This document shows, one piece after another, positions 31,619 to 41,441 of a DNA stretch of 64,000 nucleotides. Numbering within the stretch: position 1 is the stretch's first letter; each line of letters begins with the position of its first letter. The position numbers and the translations under genes are program-made. Under the pieces are notes generated by a model, which saw only the letters and a list, made by a program, of their open reading frames with translations, did not search any database and was not told the DNA's origin. This DNA comes from Obrimoposthia wandeli (Eukaryota), in the NCBI GenBank assembly GCA_977020255.1, contig CDROCS010000506.1, forward strand, positions 3,596,001 to 3,660,000, given 5' to 3'.

Positions 31619-32914
31619 TTAATCAATCAATTGATAGTTTAGCTGGAGTCCAAGCATAGTTGTATCGCCTTTAGTACTTACATCGAAGTCATCGGAACCA
31701 ATAGTATCTTTAATGCGCGTAGTTTCGTATCTCGCATAAGTAAGGCCTATATCAAAGCTTAATGACCGACTTGCGAAATAGGTTAACCCTGCACTGAAGT
31801 TGGTTTTTTTATCAAAAGGTATCGAGAAGGTAGCGCTTTCAGTGGATTTTTCAGTTGAAGCGCCACTGCGTAGCAAGATAACATCGTTTAATTTATAACT
31901 GACTGCAAAAGCAAATTTCCAGCTATCTTCAGCATTTACTGATTCTAATAGACATTGCCCTTGCGGCAAGTTAAATCCAGCGTTAGCAGGGCAGTCAGGG
32001 TGTGAAACTGACACTTCATCTAGATTCTCCCAGCCATACCAAGCGAGTGAATATTGTATTGCTAATCTAGGGTCAAGTTGGTGGAAACCTGATAGAGTTG
32101 TTTCACTGGGTACGGCCATAGAAAGCGTACTAGTATCTTGAAATAACAGGTCATTATTAGTTGCAAGGGTCGTAAAGTCGCCTTCAGTTTCAATATCGGT
32201 TGCTGAGCGATAAGATAATCCGAATTGATGGCGTTTATTTATTTTGTATAACACGCCAACATCATATCTAAACCCTAATCCTGTGCCATGGAAATCTTGG
32301 TATATTTGACTCGGATTAGTAGGGTTTTGTGCACCATAATTTGTTGTTAATTTATAATTACCATGGATAGCGCTAACACCAACGCCGAGATACAGCTTGT
32401 CTGTCAGCTTGACGGCGACATTCGGGTTTATTTCATAAGTGAATAAAGAACGTTGTCCAGTGATGATACCGGCAGGATATCCAGTATCATAATTATTACG
32501 TACGTTATAATTTGAAAATGTAGCAAAGCCAAATGACCACCTTTCATTAATAGGAAAGGCGAAATAGGCGGATGGTACAACGTAATTATCGCTAATGTTT
32601 TGCTGGTCTAACGCTGCAGGGTCATCGCTACTTGAATAATACTCGCCATTAATATCTTGTTCTGATTTAACAAAAATAGCCGCAATTGCGATACTCGGGT
32701 ATTCAAATGCTGCGGTGATTGCGGGGTTAACGGCGATATTGGCGAGGTTGCTGGTATCTGCTGCAGCACCGGCACCTGCGGTACCCAGTTCGATAGCGGA
32801 TGTTGTAGAGGATTGATAGCTTGCTGCGTTGGTTAAAGGGCTATAATAGGTTATTAAACTCAGAATCGCACTTAGATAAACGATTGGCGTATCACGGCTA
32901 CAACTTTTACTCAT
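31619..32914 (-). CDS. FadL/OmpP1 family channel, copy 2 (divergent)
   Basis: AVNPA, YVVPSAY, EINPNV; atypical N-terminus (ASYQ) and C-terminus (YQLID). Confidence 0.85.
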   Translation of the reverse strand: MSKSCSRDTPIVYLSAILSLITYYSPLTNAASYQSSTTSAIELGTAGAGAAADTSNLANIAVNPAITAAFEYPSIAIAAIFVKSEQDINGEYYSSSDDPAALDQQNISDNYVVPSAYFAFPINERWSFGFATFSNYNVRNNYDTGYPAGIITGQRSLFTYEINPNVAVKLTDKLYLGVGVSAIHGNYKLTTNYGAQNPTNPSQIYQDFHGTGLGFRYDVGVLYKINKRHQFGLSYRSATDIETEGDFTTLATNNDLLFQDTSTLSMAVPSETTLSGFHQLDPRLAIQYSLAWYGWENLDEVSVSHPDCPANAGFNLPQGQCLLESVNAEDSWKFAFAVSYKLNDVILLRSGASTEKSTESATFSIPFDKKTNFSAGLTYFASRSLSFDIGLTYARYETTRIKDTIGSDDFDVSTKGDTTMLGLQLNYQLID

Positions 32915-32961
32915 ATTTATTCCCTTAAAATGATGCTTTATTTTAAGGTTAGTAGAAAATA

Positions 32962-32987
32962 AAAATAGCGCCTTAAGGCGCTATTTT
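32962..32987 (-). terminator. Palindromic terminator between fadL copies 3 and 2
   Basis: AAAATAGCGCCTTAAGGCGCTATTTT perfect palindrome. Confidence 0.75.
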
Positions 32988-33028
32988 ATTTACTGTATTT
33001 AGATATTTATTAGACTATCTAAACAGTA

Positions 33029-34300
33029 TTAGAAACGGTAGTTTGCTTGAGCTGAAGCAATGATTGCATCACCAGAAGATTTAAAGCCGTATTCAACACC
33101 TGCTGTAGTAGATTCCGTGAAATCAACTTCTTCAACATAAATATAAGCTAGACCAAAATCTAGGCTTAATGCAGGGCTTACATTGTAAGTTGCACCGGCT
33201 GTATACCAGAAACGATCTGACTCAGGAATACTCAGTGTTGTTTCACCTGCTGATTTGTCATAAGCAAAGCCAGCGCGTAACACGATTTGATCAATTGTGT
33301 ATTCAGCACCAACTGAATAGCGGATATTGTCATCGAAGTCTTCTTCTTTTAAGAAGCACTCACCGTCAGCCGGTAGACAATCTGAACTTGTTGCTTTAAG
33401 TTCTTCGAATTTGCTCCATTGAGTCCAAAGTACACTATATGAAACTGCAAATGATTGTGTTAATGCATGATAACCTGAAAATTCGGCAGTAGCAGGTAAA
33501 GGTAAACTAAGGCCTGCATTCACTGTATCGCCACCACTTGTCAAACCCTTGAAATCACCTTCAAAATCCATATCCACTTGTGAGCGATACGCTAAGCCAA
33601 TACGATTACTTTCACTGAATTCAAATAACACGCCTGCGTTCCAGCCGAAACCCCAAGTATCACCTTCCATTTCGAAGTAAGATGCATCTGCTGGTGTTCC
33701 ACTTGGAGACCCTGGGATTCTGCCTGCCAAATCACCTTGATAGCGCTCAACGGTTGCTGTGCCGTAGGTAGCATTTAAGCCCAAACCTAAGCTAAGTTGT
33801 TCAGTCGCTTTAAATGAAATACTTGGATTGATGTTAAAGGTCATTAAATCAGTTGTACCAGCTGCAGTACCAGCAGCATAGTCTTCTTCAAATTCAGTTG
33901 CTACACCGTAAGTTGAAAACAGACCAAGACCAACAGCAAATTTATCGTTAATCGGTTGAATGAAATAAGCAGCAGGAACAAAAGCGCTATGTACTATATT
34001 ATCAGCATCCAAACGACTTACATCTCTAGGACCCGCTAAAACTGAATCACTAACACCCTCAATATTTACATCTGGTGCGACATAAGAACCGACGATTGAT
34101 AATTCAGCTTGTTTGAAACGTGACATTGCTGCCGGGTTACGTGCAAGTACAGATGCGTTATCGGCAACGGCTGCTTCACCAGCAAAAGCTCGTCCAAGAC
34201 CAGATGCTGAATGTTCGCTTACTTGGAAACCTGCAGCAGAAGATTGTGCAGTTACCAGCAGTAGGGCTGTAGCAAGCGTTGTTTTTTGAAATTTAGACAT
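33029..34300 (-). CDS. fadL: FadL long-chain fatty acid channel, copy 3 (most canonical)
   Basis: AGFQVSEHSASGLGRAFAG, ARNPAAM, NINPS, SIPESDRFW, QANYRF. Confidence 0.95.
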   Translation of the reverse strand: MSKFQKTTLATALLLVTAQSSAAGFQVSEHSASGLGRAFAGEAAVADNASVLARNPAAMSRFKQAELSIVGSYVAPDVNIEGVSDSVLAGPRDVSRLDADNIVHSAFVPAAYFIQPINDKFAVGLGLFSTYGVATEFEEDYAAGTAAGTTDLMTFNINPSISFKATEQLSLGLGLNATYGTATVERYQGDLAGRIPGSPSGTPADASYFEMEGDTWGFGWNAGVLFEFSESNRIGLAYRSQVDMDFEGDFKGLTSGGDTVNAGLSLPLPATAEFSGYHALTQSFAVSYSVLWTQWSKFEELKATSSDCLPADGECFLKEEDFDDNIRYSVGAEYTIDQIVLRAGFAYDKSAGETTLSIPESDRFWYTAGATYNVSPALSLDFGLAYIYVEEVDFTESTTAGVEYGFKSSGDAIIASAQANYRF

Positions 34301-34400
34301 AGTTAATTACTCATTTTTATAAGTTTTATTTTGTGTAACTCGCTACTGGTGCAGATCTCTGAATGGATAAACAAAGTTCCTTTTGTTTATCGCTAAAAAG

Positions 34401-34417
34401 ATCAAGTCAGACCAGTT
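34401..34417 (-). promoter_or_regulatory. FadR operator upstream of fadL copy 3
   Basis: Minus strand AACTGGTCTGACTTGAT versus consensus AACTGGTCnGACCAGTT. Confidence 0.7.
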
Positions 34418-34662
34418 GTCGACAGTATGAGTAAATGGTAACTGCTTGTTCATGCTTTGTAATTAATAATAATTACGATGTGTAATGTTTGATTATTAAG
34501 GCTTGACGTTTAACGTAAAAAATAGTTCCAGTTGTTATTTTAGTAAGCTGTTGATAAATAATGTATATTTGAGCGTACACGTGTTGTTATTAAAATGTTA
34601 TCGAATCAGAATTAATTTAGAGTACTTGTTCTTATCCTGATTTTGTCAAAGTTAATGTTTTA

Positions 34663-34684
34663 ATTTGTGATCCTGATCAAATAA
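34663..34684. promoter_or_regulatory. CRP site upstream of the fadL cluster
   Basis: attTGTGAtcctgaTCAAAtaa, 9/10 core match. Confidence 0.6.
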
Positions 34685-34907
34685 ATGTGTCAATCTTTTT
34701 TGAGACGTTTTTTTTGTAACTGTCACGTCTGTCACGTTTTATTATGTTGTTGTTTATAATACAGGCAAGTCTATATAACAAAAAAGCCACGTCCCCCTCT
34801 CAAAAGAGGCTGACGTGGCTTAGGTATTACTTAATAATGGCTTAAGAAGTGATTAAAAAGAGAGGTATTAAGCTGCTTCTCTTCTATGTATCTTCCTATT
34901 GGTCGTA

Positions 34908-35921
34908 CTATTTATCTTTGTACTCAGCCATAAACTGATGTGCTGTATCCATCATGTCTACAGAACCAGTGAAGAATGGTACACGTTGATGTAATTCTGT
35001 TGGTTTTAGATCTAGGATTGGCGTGTAACCATCTGTCGCTAATGCACCTGCTTGTTCAGCAAGGAAAGCCATTGGGTTGCACTCGTATAATAAGCGTAGT
35101 TTACCCGTTGGTGCTTGTGCTGTTTGTGGGTAAATGTAGATGCCACCTTTAAGCAGGTTACGGTGGAAGTCAGAAACCAAAGAACCGATGTAACGAGACG
35201 TATAAGGACGGTTTGTTGCGTCATCTTCTTCTTGGCAATACTTAATGTATTTTTTAACACCCATTGGGAATTTGCTATAGTTACCTTCATTAATCGAGTA
35301 GATTTTACCTGATTTAGGGAAGGTCATTGCTTCGTGAGATAAGCAGAATACACCGATTGATGGATCGTAAGTGAAACCATGAACGCCATTACCGGTTGTA
35401 AATACCAGCATAGTAGATGAACCATATACAACATAACCAGCTGCAACTTGTTTACGGCCAACTTGTAAGAAGTCATCCATTGATACAGGACCGCCAACTG
35501 GAGAGATACGGCGGTAGATAGAGAAAATTGTACCAACAGAAACATTTACATCGATATTTGATGAACCATCTAGTGGATCCATTAATACAACGTAGTTAGC
35601 GTTACGGCTGTTTTGATTGTCGAAAAATACGTAGTGATCTTCTTCTTCAGAAGCAATACCACAAACTTCACCACGTGCGATCAAAGCATTTTTAAATACT
35701 TCGTTAGCGTACATATCGAGTTTTTGCTGTTCTTCGCCTTGGATGTTTTCAATGCCACTTGCACCAGTAATATCAACTAGACCAGCTTTGTTGATTTCAC
35801 GGTTTACAATTTTAGCAGCAAGTTTGATTGAACTTAATAATGCTGTTAATTCACCTTTAGCATGTGGAAAATCTGTTTGATTCTCAACGATGAACTCACC
35901 AAGTGTTTTATGTATAGACAT
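34908..35921 (-). CDS. fbp: Fructose-1,6-bisphosphatase class 1
   Basis: [53 protein letters not shown]. Confidence 0.97.
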   Translation of the reverse strand: MSIHKTLGEFIVENQTDFPHAKGELTALLSSIKLAAKIVNREINKAGLVDITGASGIENIQGEEQQKLDMYANEVFKNALIARGEVCGIASEEEDHYVFFDNQNSRNANYVVLMDPLDGSSNIDVNVSVGTIFSIYRRISPVGGPVSMDDFLQVGRKQVAAGYVVYGSSTMLVFTTGNGVHGFTYDPSIGVFCLSHEAMTFPKSGKIYSINEGNYSKFPMGVKKYIKYCQEEDDATNRPYTSRYIGSLVSDFHRNLLKGGIYIYPQTAQAPTGKLRLLYECNPMAFLAEQAGALATDGYTPILDLKPTELHQRVPFFTGSVDMMDTAHQFMAEYKDK

Positions 35922-36251
35922 TCCAATTCCCTAATAAAGCAATAATTAAATCCGATAACTGAATCTAGTTTGCGCCTTTTTAAGGTGGATATCTAGTGTG
36001 GGCAATAGATAAATGTATGTAATTTGTAGATTCACTTGTTAACTTTCAGTTAATGCGAGTAAGCTTTCAGGTGAAAGGCTGAATTGCTCATATGAATCTT
36101 TCATTTTCATATTCGAGAGGTGTTGTTTAATGTTCGAGCATTTCTGGTTGTGTTATTTATGTTCGATTGCGAACATTTTGGGCGTGTTGTTATTTTCATA
36201 AACGAAGTTGGCGCCATTGTTAGACGCCAACCGATTTTATTATATAAGGCA

Positions 36252-37997
36252 TTATGGATTTAACTGAGTTTTAATACTTGATTGTTGCTTTTTTGTTACT
36301 TCTTGCGTTGAGCTTCTTAACTTGGTTAATTGCGTGAGTAATAGTTCGCCATTCCAGCCTGATGAGTCTGCTGTTTTACTATAATTAAAGCTAAGTAGCG
36401 CTTGGCAAGCTTGTTGGCACTCGACACTGATAGGTAGTGAGGTTAGATCTGAATTTTTTACCTCGGGCCATTGTTGTTTAAACCAAGCATGTAATAGCAA
36501 ACTACTTTGTTGTGCGTCATTGCCTTTCAGAGCTGATTTTAATTGTGGCCAAACATTATCAGGATTAGCTGTATCAATAATCTGTGGTTTAGTAGCCTGT
36601 TGTTGATTACGTTTGCGAGACATAAACCAAGCAGCGCAGGTCAGTAGCCATAATCCAGCAAAGATAAAGGTTAACCAATGCCATACTGATGATTCAGCGC
36701 CTGTCAGTGGTACTTGTACATTTGGCTGGTCACTGTTAGTTGCTGAGCTTGCTTGAGTATCTATACTGTTAGTATTATTGATCATGGCAGCGCTATTTTC
36801 ATTTGCGACGACAGTGACCGTTTTAGCTGGTAGCGTCGCCCATTCTTGTTGTTGGCTTTTGTTATTAAACCAGGGTACAGATACCTCTGGTAATGTCAGT
36901 TCACCCACTTGATTTGGAATGATGGCAAAGCTAAGTACTTGCTGCGCGAAATAATTTCCTTGTTGTGCAAAACTGGTTAATTGCGGTCTATCAGGGTAGA
37001 TCTTGACGGTTTTAGGCCAAGCGATTGCTAAATCGGGCAGGGCAGATTTAGTGACGTTCGCAGCGGTTAAGGTAATAGTCCGAGTTATCGGTTCACCTTG
37101 TTGATAAGTGTCTTGCGCTGGTTGCAGTTCTTCATCTAATTGTACAAAGTCACTCACCAACCATTCACCTTTATACGTAGCGGGTTGTGCTTGTATGTTT
37201 AAATTTAACGTTTCAGCTTGGATAATAACGGGCGTCGAAGGGCCTGAGCGATAACCACGTTTGGCCGTACTAACCTGACCTTCAAATCGACTTGGCGTGA
37301 TAACATTTACGCCAGCAGTATTGATGGTAATGGCAAATTGACGGGTGATGGTTTGATAACGTCGGCCGTTAATTATTTCACTGCCGTTTTCATCTTTGCC
37401 TATTTGTTTAACGTTGCCATCTGTTACTACTGGTTCGGTAATGTTACCGGCTTGCATCTCAGTATTCTGTGCTATGTATAAGGTGGTGGTGTAAATAAAC
37501 TGCTGCCCAACATAGACGGCTTTATCGGCAACATTGGCCTTCAATTCTATATTACGATTATTAAGACCACGTTCATTCGCAGTTGAAGATGAAATGACGT
37601 TGATGTTAATTGGCTTGGTTGTCGCATCATCAATGCTAAATGCAGGAATGGTGTAGCTGCCCACCTTACGTGCCATTAATACCGTGGTGAAGGTTGTTAT
37701 ATGAGATTTCTTACCATTGATATAAGAGGTTTGGCTGCTTGTCGATGTTCTGCCCACGACAAAATTTGCCAGTAGTGCTGAATTATCCCAATCACTGGCG
37801 CTGATACTTTCATTGGCACGGAGCTCTAGGATGAAACTATTGCCTTGCACTATCGGATTCTGATTAACCGATGCAATCAATTTTAATGCCGCATTAGCCT
37901 GAAAGCTAAACGTAAACAGCAAACTGGCGATAATGACCATGCTCGCCATTAGTGAGAATTTAGAATCGCGGCGATGTGTTTGTATTGCCTTTACCAT
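36252..37997 (-). CDS. batD: BatD family protein
   Basis: Signal/TM segment, YQQGEPITRTITL, VPWFN, late TM helix; last gene of the moxR-bat operon. Confidence 0.85.
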   Translation of the reverse strand: MVKAIQTHRRDSKFSLMASMVIIASLLFTFSFQANAALKLIASVNQNPIVQGNSFILELRANESISASDWDNSALLANFVVGRTSTSSQTSYINGKKSHITTFTTVLMARKVGSYTIPAFSIDDATTKPININVISSSTANERGLNNRNIELKANVADKAVYVGQQFIYTTTLYIAQNTEMQAGNITEPVVTDGNVKQIGKDENGSEIINGRRYQTITRQFAITINTAGVNVITPSRFEGQVSTAKRGYRSGPSTPVIIQAETLNLNIQAQPATYKGEWLVSDFVQLDEELQPAQDTYQQGEPITRTITLTAANVTKSALPDLAIAWPKTVKIYPDRPQLTSFAQQGNYFAQQVLSFAIIPNQVGELTLPEVSVPWFNNKSQQQEWATLPAKTVTVVANENSAAMINNTNSIDTQASSATNSDQPNVQVPLTGAESSVWHWLTFIFAGLWLLTCAAWFMSRKRNQQQATKPQIIDTANPDNVWPQLKSALKGNDAQQSSLLLHAWFKQQWPEVKNSDLTSLPISVECQQACQALLSFNYSKTADSSGWNGELLLTQLTKLRSSTQEVTKKQQSSIKTQLNP

Positions 37998-39907
37998 ATT
38001 TGCTCCGAACTGTTTTGCTGATTTGATTCAGCGTTACGTTGCTGACTTTCTATATACATTTTGTTTCTTAATAATAACGACGGATCATCAGGGATATTCC
38101 GCAGCCATTTTTGTAAGCGTTGTTGCTGCTCTTTTTCTAATGGCGTTTGTTGTGCTGCTGATAACCCCTGACTACTAGCTTCCTCTGCATTTTCATTACT
38201 TTCAACTTGTTGACCTGCTAAACCCGTTTTATCTTGATCATCTTGTTGGCTCTGACTGTCTTGTTGGCTCTGACTGTCTTGCTGGTCCTGACTGTCTTGC
38301 TGGTTCTGACTGTCTTGCTGGTTCTGACTGTCTTGCTGGTCCTGACGGTCTTGTTGGTCCTGACTGTCTTGCTGGTTCTGACTGTCTTGCTGGTTCTGAC
38401 TGTCTTGCTGGTTCTGACTGTCTTGCTGGTTCTGACTGTCTTGCTGGTCCTGACTGTCTTGCTGGTTCTGACTGTCTTGCTGGTCCTGACTGTCTTGCTG
38501 GTTCTGATTGTCTTGCTGTTTCTTACCGTCCTTACCTTTGTCACCTTGCTGTGGCTTTTGCTGTTTTTTCATTTGCTTGGCGACTTCAAGATTACCTTTG
38601 GCATCGTTATTTTCAGGATCTAATTTTAACGCTTGCTCATAAGCTTTAGTTGCGTCATCAATATTACCCAACTGCATTAAGGCGTTACCTTGATTATATA
38701 AAGCGTCACTGCTGTTATCATCTGCCCACAGATCGATAGCTTGCTGATATTCTCCAGCCTTATACAGAGCGCTAGCTTGCCAGTTTGGGTCCGAAAAAGT
38801 GTCAGCTGATTGTTGGTATTTTTTGTTTTGATACAATGTTGCACCATTTTCGTTACTGTTTTTCCATATCGATGTGTCAGCTGCATAGCTTGGTTCTGGC
38901 TGTAACAAGAATACCAGGAAGAAACTGAAAAATAGCTGCTTACGAAAGCTAAACGCGGCTAATAATGCAATTAAAGGTAATAACCAGATACCATCATCGT
39001 TACGTTGTTCTGTGGTTAGCTCAGTTTTCTGACTATTTTCAAAACGGGAAGGATGATTGAATAAATCATTGAGCGGCTGGCTGCCATGCGTGATCACTTG
39101 CGCTTGTCCTGAATTCGTTTTTGCTGTGTCTTTTAATAAGCGAGCATCAAGTTGTGGTACGACAATGGTGCCTTGATTGTTTTTAAGCAATTGACCATCA
39201 CGGAGTTTAATCGGCGCGCCTTGCGCTGTGCCTAAACCAAGAATTGATAAGCTGTAATCGGTGTCTGCTAATAGCGTATTGATATTGTCTGCTTGAGCTT
39301 TATTTATACCATCGGTCACCAGTAAGATTTGTCCCTGCTGATAACCTGCGTTGGTGAGTAATTCAATTGCTTGACGAATACCTGCGGTTGGTTTGGAACC
39401 TTTTACCGGCATAATTTCTGGTGACAAGTTTGGCAACAAGTTGAGTAGGGTGCTTGTGTCTGTGGTAAGTGGCGATATAACAAATGCATCACCAGCGTAT
39501 GCCACTAAACCTATTTCACCTTCTTTGACCGCACTCAGGAGATCAGTGCTTTTAAAACGTAATTGTGCCAAACGATTAGGTTTTAGATCGGTAGCGCGCA
39601 TAGATAGCGACATGTCTAAAACCATGATTTTAGCTTGTGAGATACTGGCAACAGGGCGTTCGGTATAGCTAAAACTCGGGCCTGATAATGCAATTGTAGT
39701 CAGTACCCAAATACAAGCTAGCGGTATAAATAAGTTATTCGATTTTGTTGCTGGTTGATGTTGGGCTAATAAGAACTTAGCGATTTCAGGCGAAAGCACT
39801 GTATGCCAGCCTTGCGCTTGATCATTCTTACGGAAATACCAAGCAAGTGCGATGAGTGGCAATAGCGCCAATAACCATAATGGTCGTAATAACATAAAAT
39901 CAGTCAT
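37991..39907 (-). CDS. BatB/BatC-type VWA + TPR protein with Gln/Asp-rich linker
   Basis: VLDMSLSM MIDAS, LVAYAGDAF, LVTDG, TPR (ALYNQGNALMQLG), terminal WLRNIPDDPSLLLRNK. Confidence 0.9.
   Translation of the reverse strand: MTDFMLLRPLWLLALLPLIALAWYFRKNDQAQGWHTVLSPEIAKFLLAQHQPATKSNNLFIPLACIWVLTTIALSGPSFSYTERPVASISQAKIMVLDMSLSMRATDLKPNRLAQLRFKSTDLLSAVKEGEIGLVAYAGDAFVISPLTTDTSTLLNLLPNLSPEIMPVKGSKPTAGIRQAIELLTNAGYQQGQILLVTDGINKAQADNINTLLADTDYSLSILGLGTAQGAPIKLRDGQLLKNNQGTIVVPQLDARLLKDTAKTNSGQAQVITHGSQPLNDLFNHPSRFENSQKTELTTEQRNDDGIWLLPLIALLAAFSFRKQLFFSFFLVFLLQPEPSYAADTSIWKNSNENGATLYQNKKYQQSADTFSDPNWQASALYKAGEYQQAIDLWADDNSSDALYNQGNALMQLGNIDDATKAYEQALKLDPENNDAKGNLEVAKQMKKQQKPQQGDKGKDGKKQQDNQNQQDSQDQQDSQNQQDSQDQQDSQNQQDSQNQQDSQNQQDSQNQQDSQDQQDRQDQQDSQNQQDSQNQQDSQDQQDSQSQQDSQSQQDDQDKTGLAGQQVESNENAEEASSQGLSAAQQTPLEKEQQQRLQKWLRNIPDDPSLLLRNKMYIESQQRNAESNQQNSSEQIW
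38231..38518 (-). repeat. In-frame VNTR, 16 x 18 bp, encoding QQDSQ[N/D/S]
   Basis: Plus-strand unit GTTCTGACTGTCTTGCTG with few substitutions; units counted by hand. Confidence 0.95.
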
Positions 39908-40922
39908 GGTGTTTCCCTGACGTGAATCGTAAACCTTGGCTTAAAGAAAGCCCTTGACGTAGATAGCAGGCGAAAATAGACAACAATAATGCAATTGCTA
40001 ATGGCCAGTGGAATAGATCGGTTTGTGGCCTAAATTGTTGTTGTGCTTGCTCGACAGGTTCGAGTTTATCGAGTTCCGCATAGATAGCCGCTAAGCTCTC
40101 GGCATCACGGGCTCGGAAGTATTGGCCGCCAGTCTGCTGTGCGATGGTTTTTAACGTTGTCTCATCCAAATCTTGTGATGGATTTACTTTCTGATTTCCG
40201 AATATAGTACGTTTGTAATAAGCATCAGCCCCGACACCGATAGTGTAGATTTTAACACCTTGCTCTTGAGCAAATTTAGCTGCTTCAAGTGGTTTCACTT
40301 CACCGGCATTATTTTGTCCATCAGTGAGTAGTATCAATACTTTTTGCTGCTTATTTTTGGCATTTTTAGCTTGGTCAAAGCGTTTTAACGCTAAACCGAT
40401 GCCTTCACCAATCGCGGTTTGTTCACCAACTAATCCGAGTACCGCTTGTTGCATATAACCACTCACTGTTTTTAAGTCAAACGTCAGTGGCGCTTGTAAA
40501 TAAGCATTATCAGCGAAGAAAATAAGCCCTACACGATCGCCTTTACGTTGTTGGATAAAATCAGCTACGACGGCTTTAACCAGAGATAAGCGATCGACCA
40601 TACGGTTATTAATCTGCATATCTTCAACTTGCATTGAACCTGATAGATCCACTGCTAGCATCATTTCACGGCCTTGTTGAGGAATCGATTGTGGTTCGCC
40701 TATCCACATAGGACGTGCAGCTGCGATCACCAAGCATAACCACATTAAGCTTAATGGCCAGATGGTACGCGGCTTTTTACTGACGGTGCTTGTTGCTGTC
40801 TCAATGTAAGGCAGGTTTGGTAATACTAATGGGGTTTGTGCTTGACCAGCCTGACTAAAAAAGCGAATCAGCGCAGGTAAGGGTAATAGGATTAACAGCC
40901 AAGGCCAGTTAAATTCAAACAT
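39900..40922 (-). CDS. batA: BatA-like VWA domain protein
   Basis: AVDLSGSM, GDRVGLIFFADNAYLQAPLT, TAIGEGI, LLTDGQNNAG. Confidence 0.9.
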   Translation of the reverse strand: MFEFNWPWLLILLPLPALIRFFSQAGQAQTPLVLPNLPYIETATSTVSKKPRTIWPLSLMWLCLVIAAARPMWIGEPQSIPQQGREMMLAVDLSGSMQVEDMQINNRMVDRLSLVKAVVADFIQQRKGDRVGLIFFADNAYLQAPLTFDLKTVSGYMQQAVLGLVGEQTAIGEGIGLALKRFDQAKNAKNKQQKVLILLTDGQNNAGEVKPLEAAKFAQEQGVKIYTIGVGADAYYKRTIFGNQKVNPSQDLDETTLKTIAQQTGGQYFRARDAESLAAIYAELDKLEPVEQAQQQFRPQTDLFHWPLAIALLLSIFACYLRQGLSLSQGLRFTSGKHHD

Positions 40923-41436
40923 GACTGTTCTCCGCTTGGTTTTTTATTTTTTTATTCGCATGGCAATCTATAGGCATAAGCGGGGTTTTCTTGATCCAGT
41001 CTTGGCATGTTTTAAAGTGTGATAATTCAGCGAGCATGTTTGGTTTGGCGCTGTATAAGTCTAAGGTCCATATCGCGGCGTTATTTGAGAATGCACTGAA
41101 AATACGTTTATTGGTACTAGCTTGTTGATCGAGGAATTTCAGCCAAGCATCGCCGTGTAATGATGCCGCTGTTTCACGGGGGAAACTCGACAATACAATG
41201 CGTTTAAGCAGGTGATGTAAGTCATTTACCTCGCAATCTCGTTGCTGTAATAGGGCTAATTCAGCTAACGCTAAGCGGGTCAATCTGGTCTTTTTAATGT
41301 ACTGCAAGACAGCATAAATGGCTAAGCCGACTATTAATACGAGTACAATAATAACCAACCACCAATACAGTGATAGCGGCCAAACTGACACTGGCGTGGG
41401 TAAATGAATATCTTTTAATTGTGCTAACGGATCCAT
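40915..41436 (-). CDS. DUF4381 family membrane protein
   Basis: MDPLAQLKDIHLP...WPL..YWW, HGDAWLKFLD; position in the moxR operon. Confidence 0.85.
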   Translation of the reverse strand: MDPLAQLKDIHLPTPVSVWPLSLYWWLVIIVLVLIVGLAIYAVLQYIKKTRLTRLALAELALLQQRDCEVNDLHHLLKRIVLSSFPRETAASLHGDAWLKFLDQQASTNKRIFSAFSNNAAIWTLDLYSAKPNMLAELSHFKTCQDWIKKTPLMPIDCHANKKIKNQAENSHV

Positions 41437-41441
41437 GCGCT

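Noticed and set aside
38231-38518. Possible CRISPR array
   Set aside because: Contiguous in-frame units, no unique spacers, no cas genes in the window
38218-38623. Track ORFs 38218..38544 (TVRTSK repeats) and 38234..38623 (LTVLLV repeats)
   Set aside because: Alternative frames of the 18-bp VNTR inside the BatB/C gene; stop-free only because the unit has no stops
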